Origin: Pseudomonadota bacterium
GTDB taxonomy: Bacteria > UBA10199 > 2-02-FULL-44-16 > JBDRGF01
DNA length: 27,304 nucleotides
Direction: 5' to 3'
NCBI GenBank assembly: GCA_043818055.1
Contig: JBDRGF010000042.1
Location: 1 to 27,304, forward strand
Of this stretch, positions 1 through 6,511 are shown in pieces (position 1 is the first letter of the stretch; each line of letters starts with the position of its first letter). The translations under genes were made by a program, and so were the position numbers. A model generated the notes under the pieces. That model was not told where the DNA came from. It ran no database searches and saw only the letters and a program-made list of their open reading frames with translations.

Positions 1-537
1 TTTAATTCAGCGATGTCAGTGGCATAAGCGCGAGAACATAGTGGATTACTTGTCGAAAGAAGAACAACCCTTTATGAGGAGGCAATTACAGAGGGCTTAT
101 GAGCGACCGACATATGAAGAGGCAAGGAAATCACTTTTAAAAATTCGGAGAGATTTGGAAGAGAGGAATATATCAGCAGCAAACAGTTTGGATGAAGGAT
201 TTGAAGAGACGTTAACATTGCATCGATTAGGTCTTTTTGCAAAGTTGGGAAGAAGTCTTAAGACTAGCAATTGCATAGAGTCCATCAATTCAATGGTCGA
301 GGGGCGATGTGGAAAAGTTGATTATTGGAAGAACTCATCACAGCGGCAAAGGTGGTTGGCAGCAACATTGCTCGATATTGAGCCGAGGCTAAATCGAATC
401 AGTGGATACCGGCATTTACATGAATTGAGAGTAGCTTTGAAAAAAGAATTGAAGCTGTGTGACAAAGCTTCTAAGGAGGCTGCTTAAATGTTAACTGAAC
501 CGCTTTTCAAAATTTCAACTAAGTTTGGGATTGACCC
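1..537 (+). mobile_element. IS256-family insertion sequence, right end (partial); putative terminal inverted repeat ~510-537
   Basis: The transposase stop at 487 is followed by aaatttcaactaagtttgggattgaccc, ending in CCC (GGG on the minus strand), after which the sequence becomes sharply more AT-rich. The left IR is outside the window, so the end position is inferred. Confidence 0.6.
2..487 (+). CDS. IS256-family (Mutator-like) transposase, C-terminal part; the ORF runs off the left edge of the window
   Basis: The frame is open from position 2 (LIQRCQWHKRENIVDYL...), giving the IS256 C-x2-H motif QRCQWHK. Downstream, SLKTSNCIESINS contains the catalytic Glu region typical of IS256 transposases. 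Confidence 0.88.
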   Translation, partial: LIQRCQWHKRENIVDYLSKEEQPFMRRQLQRAYERPTYEEARKSLLKIRRDLEERNISAANSLDEGFEETLTLHRLGLFAKLGRSLKTSNCIESINSMVEGRCGKVDYWKNSSQRQRWLAATLLDIEPRLNRISGYRHLHELRVALKKELKLCDKASKEAA

Positions 538-881
538 TGGTAAAACGTTTGATGTCATAATTATAATAAGTATTGCTATTTTCACATGGTTACTAAAGCT
601 AGCGAAAATCAAAGGAAATCCTGTTCATTATTGAGCTTAATTGTCTTACTAAGGAAGTCTTTAATTCTAACCCATTGTAATATATAAAGATTATGTTAAG
701 GCAATAACAAAGCATAATAATTCTTTTTAACTTGAAATTAAAGTAAAATATATATATATGCATTGTCAACTACTTAAAATGGTTTGCTATTTTCAATAAA
801 GTCATGAGGAAGGTATTGCGGGTTTTACTGAGATGTTTTCGAATGTGATAAAAGAAACTTTATAGATTAAGTGAATTTATT

Positions 882-2090
882 ATGTGTAATAATGCTTGGT
901 TTCTAATAGCATCCAATTTTATTTCCCGCTTCGGAAGTTATTTTAGCTATATGGGAATAACAATTTATATTTTTGAAAAAACTGGTTCAAATTTTGCAGT
1001 AGGGCTATCTCTCTTATTGGTTTTAATTTCTCATCTTCTAGTTGCTCCTATTATTTTAAAATACAGTGACAGTTGGGATAAGAAAAAAACTCTTATCATA
1101 TGTAATATTATATCATTATTTTTACTATTACTTTGGAGTTTCAACGCTCAAAATCTCATTTTTGGTTATGCAATAATTTTTCTTAATGGAATATTTTCAA
1201 ATATTCACCAACCAGTTCAACAATCGCTTATTTCAGTTATTGTCAAAAAGAATGCTTTGGACAAAGTAAATTCATTGTTTGGGATCTCAGGTCAGATTAA
1301 TGTTATTGCTGGTTATGCTTGTGGAGCGATAATACTTCAATATTTTGGTATTTCAAACTTATTGTATTTAGATTCACTTACTTATGGGATTTCTGCAATT
1401 TTGATTTTTCTGATTAAAATTCCTAGTCTTGAATCAGCAGTAGAACAAAAATCATTAACCTTTAAATATCGTCCATTTTTTCAGAAATTATGGGAAAATG
1501 GTGTGATGACTTATATTCTCTTTCCGTTTTTAATTGTTTCATTTGCTTTTGGAGTAAATAACGGATTAGCAGTGGGGTTTTCAAGAACGACTTTGGGCTT
1601 AAGTATTGCTAAAACTGGAATTGTGGAGGCATTTTGCGGTGTAGGATTTATTTGTGGAGGTATTATTGTCCCCAGGATATGTAGATGGGATGACGAAGTA
1701 ATTTTTTACATTGCTTCTATTTTTTCGACGATGTTTGGTGTTGCATTGGGTTTGTCAACAAATTTTACTATTGCAGCATTTTTTTGGTTTTTGGCTGGAT
1801 TTATTAATGCATTTACCTTTGTCAAATGGCGTTCATTTGTTCAAAAACGTTTGGAAATAAAAATTCAGGCACGAACATTTTCTATGATATTGACACTGAC
1901 ATCAATTACTCAACTTATTTCACTCGGATTAAGTACATATTTGGCTGATATCTACGGGCCTGCAAATTTGTTGGTTGTCTTTGGAGTTTTATCAACGTCA
2001 CTTTTAATTATTTATGGGATTTGGTTTTTCTTTTTTAATCGTAACTATGTAACCGTACAGGGATTTAATAATGAAAATATTTCTTATTAA
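882..2090 (+). CDS. MFS transporter (DHA3/MefA-EntS-like exporter)
   Basis: 402 aa with about 12 hydrophobic segments. N-terminal SNFISRFGS...IYIFEKTGS, motif-A-like YSDSWDKKK, and C-terminal IQARTFS match this exporter family. Confidence 0.9.
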   Translation: MCNNAWFLIASNFISRFGSYFSYMGITIYIFEKTGSNFAVGLSLLLVLISHLLVAPIILKYSDSWDKKKTLIICNIISLFLLLLWSFNAQNLIFGYAIIFLNGIFSNIHQPVQQSLISVIVKKNALDKVNSLFGISGQINVIAGYACGAIILQYFGISNLLYLDSLTYGISAILIFLIKIPSLESAVEQKSLTFKYRPFFQKLWENGVMTYILFPFLIVSFAFGVNNGLAVGFSRTTLGLSIAKTGIVEAFCGVGFICGGIIVPRICRWDDEVIFYIASIFSTMFGVALGLSTNFTIAAFFWFLAGFINAFTFVKWRSFVQKRLEIKIQARTFSMILTLTSITQLISLGLSTYLADIYGPANLLVVFGVLSTSLLIIYGIWFFFFNRNYVTVQGFNNENISY

Positions 2091-3918
2091 TCCACCATTA
2101 CCAAGTGATTCATATTATCCTCCTTACGGATTGATGAGTTTGGCTTCAATGCCATTTTCTAGTAGTGTAGATATAAATATTTTTGACTACAATTTAATTT
2201 ATCAGAAAAGAAAATTGGGCATTAAGGAGGTTTTTGAATTAGCGCTTACCGATTTAAGTGAAAGTGATTGCGATGTTTTGGGTTTGACGTGTAATAGCTA
2301 TACCTTACCATTTGTATATGAATTATGTAAAAATATAAAGAGTAAGCCATATCGTTTGATTGTGGGGGGACCTGGTGTTTCATTTTTGCATAGTGAGCTA
2401 TTAACAACTCCATGTAACATTGACATTGTTGTACGAGGTGAAGGAGAAATTGCATTTCAAGAATTAGTGAACAATCAGTTTGTTCCAAATAGTAGTATTC
2501 CAAATATTTCATATCGCTTACCAGACAATTCAGTGATAAACACGGATAGCTTGCTAATTGAAAACTTGGATGATTTGCCTGTATTATCCAATGGTTATGG
2601 TGTTGATATAAATGAATATGTGGTTTTAGAAAGTTATTATGACAAGAATGCTGCTGCTATAGAAATTGGAAGAGGGTGCCCATATTCATGCCCATTTTGC
2701 AGTACAAGCCAAATGTGGGGAAGACGATATAGGATGAAGTCTGTTGAACGAGTAGCAAGAGAAATAGAGTTGTTTCGAACTGAAGGATATAGAAGATTTT
2801 TATTCATTCATGATAATTTTGGCTATTCCCATTCATATGTAAAAAGTTTGTGTAATGAAATTTCGAAACTTGATATTGAATGGTCAGCTAGTATTTCATT
2901 AAATTTATTAAATCCTGATTTAATGGACTTAATGGCTAATAGCGGCTGCAAGAGAATTTATCTTGGATTAGAATCTGGTTCGAAAAGAATTTTAAAGAGA
3001 ATTCCATATAAAACAGTTAAAGGAGAAAAAGATAAAATTAATAAGCTACTATCAACATTTGATCATGCAACATTCTCATATGTGATCGGTTTTCCTGAAG
3101 AGGATAAATTGAGTTTTAAAGAAACTCTTAATGCTGCATGGCAATATAAACTTCAAGGGGTCAGTGATATTCAGCTTCATCCATATACCTATCTACCAGG
3201 GGCGACTGATTATGAAAATGTGAAAAATAGGTTACATTTTGACAATAAACATCTTTTTGCAGAACGCGAATTGAATCAAATTTTAGAAGCTTTTCATGAT
3301 ACAATTCTTGAGCATCGCAACATATTTCCAAATTATTACTTTTTTGCCCCCATTAATCTAAAAGAAAACGATTGCATACATATTATTATAGAGTGCTATT
3401 CAGTTTTATTAAATAATTTCTCACAATTGACTAAACTTCTTGAGAAATACGGATTTATTGATGTGGGGAACATTTCCTCTAAATTGATTGATTATCTCAC
3501 TAAAAATTGCCCGTCTAATATAGATTATAACAGTATTGGGCAGCTAATTATCAATTATTTTAAAGGAAATTTAGATTTAGAAATTCCTGAAAAACTTTTA
3601 TTGTTATTTTCCGAAGTTGCAGAAGTTGAGTTGAACTTAGCACATTTTCTTTTCAAAAAAAGTAATGTTAAAAATAAGATTATTAGAGATTCATTTGTGT
3701 TTATGCATAGTTCTGATACTGACGGGGTGTTTGTAATAAAACCAGGAATATATTTATATGTTAATGGTGAAAAAAACTTTATTGTTTATCGATTGAACGA
3801 TAGTGATTATGAACTTTTTAAGTTAATTCAGCATGTGAATACACCTGATGATTTTCAACAAATTAGAAAATTATATTCTAATAGTGCAGATTTATTTGAA
3901 GCACTTTTAATAAATTGA
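2071..3918 (+). CDS. Cobalamin (B12)-binding radical SAM enzyme with probable C-terminal RRE/PqqD-like domain
   Basis: N-terminal B12-binding domain (KIFLINPP, PPYGLMSLA, DVLGLT, IVGGP, VRGEGE). CxxxCxxC motif GRGCPYSCPFC at 2677-2700, followed by HDNF, GLESGS and VIGFPEE. Overlaps the MFS gene by 20 nt. Confidence 0.93.
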   Translation: MKIFLINPPLPSDSYYPPYGLMSLASMPFSSSVDINIFDYNLIYQKRKLGIKEVFELALTDLSESDCDVLGLTCNSYTLPFVYELCKNIKSKPYRLIVGGPGVSFLHSELLTTPCNIDIVVRGEGEIAFQELVNNQFVPNSSIPNISYRLPDNSVINTDSLLIENLDDLPVLSNGYGVDINEYVVLESYYDKNAAAIEIGRGCPYSCPFCSTSQMWGRRYRMKSVERVAREIELFRTEGYRRFLFIHDNFGYSHSYVKSLCNEISKLDIEWSASISLNLLNPDLMDLMANSGCKRIYLGLESGSKRILKRIPYKTVKGEKDKINKLLSTFDHATFSYVIGFPEEDKLSFKETLNAAWQYKLQGVSDIQLHPYTYLPGATDYENVKNRLHFDNKHLFAERELNQILEAFHDTILEHRNIFPNYYFFAPINLKENDCIHIIIECYSVLLNNFSQLTKLLEKYGFIDVGNISSKLIDYLTKNCPSNIDYNSIGQLIINYFKGNLDLEIPEKLLLLFSEVAEVELNLAHFLFKKSNVKNKIIRDSFVFMHSSDTDGVFVIKPGIYLYVNGEKNFIVYRLNDSDYELFKLIQHVNTPDDFQQIRKLYSNSADLFEALLIN

Positions 3919-3934
3919 TGTAAATAACAAAAAC

Positions 3935-3941
3935 GAGGAGG
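3935..3941 (+). promoter_or_regulatory. Strong Shine-Dalgarno site for the small peptide ORF
   Basis: GAGGAGG at 3935-3941, 4 nt before ATG 3946, preceded by an A-rich stretch. Confidence 0.75.
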
Positions 3942-3945
3942 AAAA

Positions 3946-4002
3946 ATGGAAAAAGTTAAAGAAGTGAAAAAAGGTGGTGCAACCTGCGGCCAAGACAGAT
4001 GA
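3946..4002 (+). CDS. Putative RiPP precursor peptide, 18 aa: MEKVKEVKKGGATCGQDR (not in the ORF track)
   Basis: ATG 3946 to TGA 4000-4002, with a perfect SD, 27 nt downstream of the radical SAM stop. A Lys/Glu-rich leader-like half and a GG motif precede a 7-aa core-like segment ATCGQDR. A strong hairpin follows. Confidence 0.7.
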   Translation: MEKVKEVKKGGATCGQDR

Positions 4003-4024
4003 AATGATTGTAATTCTGCCAAAA

Positions 4025-4053
4025 ATCCCCGGGTTTAATAAAACCCGGGGGAT
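4025..4053. terminator. GC-rich stem-loop downstream of the peptide ORF (partial terminator or mRNA-stabilising hairpin)
   Basis: CCCCGGGTTT (4027-4036), loop AATA, AAACCCGGGG (4041-4050): a perfect 10-bp stem. No U-tract on the + strand; the A5 at 4021-4025 gives a U-tract on the minus strand. Confidence 0.65.
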
Positions 4054-4131
4054 ATAGGCTCTCACAGAAAAAGGAATCATGTGTCAAATTAGAAAGTCAG
4101 TTAATTCATCTTAAGAAAAAAGGAGTTTAAA

Positions 4132-4923
4132 ATGGAAAGTTACGCGCTTTATAGCAGGATTATACCGTATTATTTTAAAGATAGATCGTCCTATGGGTTT
4201 AGTGTTAATTTAGTAGATAAGATTTGTAAAAGGGAGCTTGGCAAGTTGGATCAAGTCCATGCTTTGGATATGGGAGCGGGTTTTGGCGCACATGCAGAAA
4301 TGTTTGCGGAAAAGGGATATAATGTTACTGCGATCGAGTTATCCACTCACATGGTTAATCTGTTTCGCGAACGCCTAAAATTATCAAAGCCTGATATAAA
4401 ACAACGCATTTCCTTATTTCATGATAGTTGGTTTAATGAAGATGGTGATTGGAATAAATCAAAATCATATCAACTTATATATTTTCTAGGAAATACGATT
4501 TGGAATACTGGAAATCGCAATGATTTATCAAGACTATTACGAAATAGTTACGATTTACTTGTCGATGGTGGATTGGTTGTTTTTGATCTGGATGCCTTTG
4601 ATGATTTGGAAGATAATGCTGAGTTAGTCTGGGGAAAACCTGTAGCAACTGATGTTCCAGGTACTAAGTTTCAATCTGCTTTTTCAAAAAGACGCCTGGG
4701 TAATGATGGAGAGTTAGAAGTAACGCTTCATGTTAAATGGATAGAAAATGGAATTGAAAGAATTGAAAAAGAGAAATTTCAAACATTTGCATTTGATAGT
4801 GAAGTTGTTGAGGAAATCGCTACTCAAACAGGTTTTCAGCTTATAGAAACCCTTAAGCCAAGAAAACTTTATGATCCTACTACTACCATTGATCAAACGA
4901 TGTGGATTTTAAAAAAGAATTAA
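4132..4923 (+). CDS. Class I SAM-dependent methyltransferase
   Basis: Motif I ALDMGAGFG, post-I VTAIELS and LLVDGGLVVFD, with a beta-rich insertion as in glycine/sarcosine N-methyltransferase-like enzymes. SD AAGGAG at ~4120-4125. Confidence 0.9.
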   Translation: MESYALYSRIIPYYFKDRSSYGFSVNLVDKICKRELGKLDQVHALDMGAGFGAHAEMFAEKGYNVTAIELSTHMVNLFRERLKLSKPDIKQRISLFHDSWFNEDGDWNKSKSYQLIYFLGNTIWNTGNRNDLSRLLRNSYDLLVDGGLVVFDLDAFDDLEDNAELVWGKPVATDVPGTKFQSAFSKRRLGNDGELEVTLHVKWIENGIERIEKEKFQTFAFDSEVVEEIATQTGFQLIETLKPRKLYDPTTTIDQTMWILKKN

Positions 4924-4983
4924 ATTATTCTCTTAATTATGGATACTCTGTGGCGTATTCAAATTAGCTGGAGGTTCGGAAAT

Positions 4984-6492
4984 ATGAACAAATTTAAGTA
5001 TTATCTTATGCTATTTTTAATCTTAGGGCCTTATGTTTCGAATGCGGGTGACTATCATACTACAATCGATGTAATACCAACTAATTGGGATCCGAGGGAG
5101 CATAAAGGAGGTTTTTATTTGAGGCTTTCTGGTCAAATCTTTTGTTCACTATTACAAATGGATGACAATCTTAACGTTTCTCCTGATTTGGCTATGAAAT
5201 GGTGGATTGATAAGAATGGAAAACGTTATATTTTTCTTCTTAGGGATGATGTTTTTTTTCATAATGGTAGGAGTGTCACTGCAGATGATGTGATCTATTC
5301 CCTTAATAGAATGAAACAACGAAGTGCTTTATCTCTCGATTTGCAAATTATCAAACACATCTCAAAGCCAAATAATAATTCAGATCTTCCTGCGTATTTA
5401 AAAGAATATAAGCATGACAGAGTTGTTATTATTGAATTAAAAGAACCCTTTTCACAAATGATGAGTCTATTGGCGAATATTACAATGGCAATTTTTCCTG
5501 AAGCAGAGCTTAAGGAAAATTCCGATTTGTTTTTCAAAAAGCCTATAAGCTGTGGCCCTTTTAAATTAGCTGATTTGCAATCGAATGTTGTTATTATGGA
5601 TCGAAATGAAAAATACCATGGTGTGAAAAATCCAACGATTGATAGGTTGGTCTTTCATAAAGTTAATTCAATTAAAGCTGCTGAACTATTTAACGAAGGC
5701 AAACTTGATGACATTGTTAACTTAATGGTTGATGAAAGCAAGATTAAGAGAGAATTTAGTAAATTAGAGGGATGGATATTTATTACTAGATTTATACGGT
5801 TAAATACAAAATCAAGTGTATTTAATAAGTTACAATGTAGAAGAGCTTTTATTAGTGCTTTTGATCGAGTTTTATTTATTGAGAAAGTTGGTTTGAAGAA
5901 AATGATTCCAGCCACTGGATTTATACCAAAAGGTATGTTGGGTCATCTTGAGAATTCGCCTTTTATTTATGAACCGAAGGAATCAAAAAAACTATGGCAA
6001 CAAGCTAAATGCAATGCTCACATTTCAGTTGTAACCTCAAGAAAAAAAGAAGCCAAAGCAATAAAGTTTGTTGCAGATAATATGAAAAAGACACTTGGTG
6101 TTTCACTCGACATTAAATATGTTGATCCTGATACATGGTATAAAAAATGGCATGATTTTAAAGATGATGCTATCTTGGGCGGAATGGATAGCATGTATAT
6201 TGATCCTTATTTTATTTTAAAACATGCAGACTCACACTTTGAAAGAAATTATATGGGAATAAAAGATCCAAATATTGATAAGTTGTTATCACAAGCATCA
6301 AAAGAACATGAAAAAGAAATGCGATCGAAGATTTATCAAAAGATTGATGAATTAATAATGAAACATTCAACAATAATGCCTTTATATTATGGCGATGTAG
6401 ATTCTGGAATATATTCAGCAAAAGTGAAAGGATTAAGATTGCCACCAACAGGCACAAATTATGTTAAATATAATTCTGTAAAATTACCTTAG
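4984..6492 (+). CDS. Periplasmic solute-binding protein, family 5 (OppA/DppA-like), with no permease or ATPase genes nearby
   Basis: PDLAMKW, YIFLLRDDVFFHNGRSVTADDVIYS, PISCGPFKL and IMPLYY motifs. Start reassigned from 4939 to ATG 4984 because GGAGG lies at 4970-4974 and a signal peptide (MNKFKYYLMLFLILGPYVSNA) follows. Confidence 0.9.
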   Translation: MNKFKYYLMLFLILGPYVSNAGDYHTTIDVIPTNWDPREHKGGFYLRLSGQIFCSLLQMDDNLNVSPDLAMKWWIDKNGKRYIFLLRDDVFFHNGRSVTADDVIYSLNRMKQRSALSLDLQIIKHISKPNNNSDLPAYLKEYKHDRVVIIELKEPFSQMMSLLANITMAIFPEAELKENSDLFFKKPISCGPFKLADLQSNVVIMDRNEKYHGVKNPTIDRLVFHKVNSIKAAELFNEGKLDDIVNLMVDESKIKREFSKLEGWIFITRFIRLNTKSSVFNKLQCRRAFISAFDRVLFIEKVGLKKMIPATGFIPKGMLGHLENSPFIYEPKESKKLWQQAKCNAHISVVTSRKKEAKAIKFVADNMKKTLGVSLDIKYVDPDTWYKKWHDFKDDAILGGMDSMYIDPYFILKHADSHFERNYMGIKDPNIDKLLSQASKEHEKEMRSKIYQKIDELIMKHSTIMPLYYGDVDSGIYSAKVKGLRLPPTGTNYVKYNSVKLP

Positions 6493-6511
6493 GTAATAGA
6501 AATAGAAGGTT

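Noticed and set aside
540..881. Promoter candidates (TTGAAA at 732 with a TA run at ~749-759) and short ORFs (MRKVLRVLLRCFRM, MFSNVIKETL) upstream of the MFS gene
   Set aside because: The region is so AT-rich that such matches arise by chance, and the short ORFs have no convincing SD or precursor features.
4939..4983. Longer N-terminus of the SBP (MDTLWRIQISWRFGN)
   Set aside because: This segment contains the GGAGG SD for ATG 4984, where the signal peptide begins.
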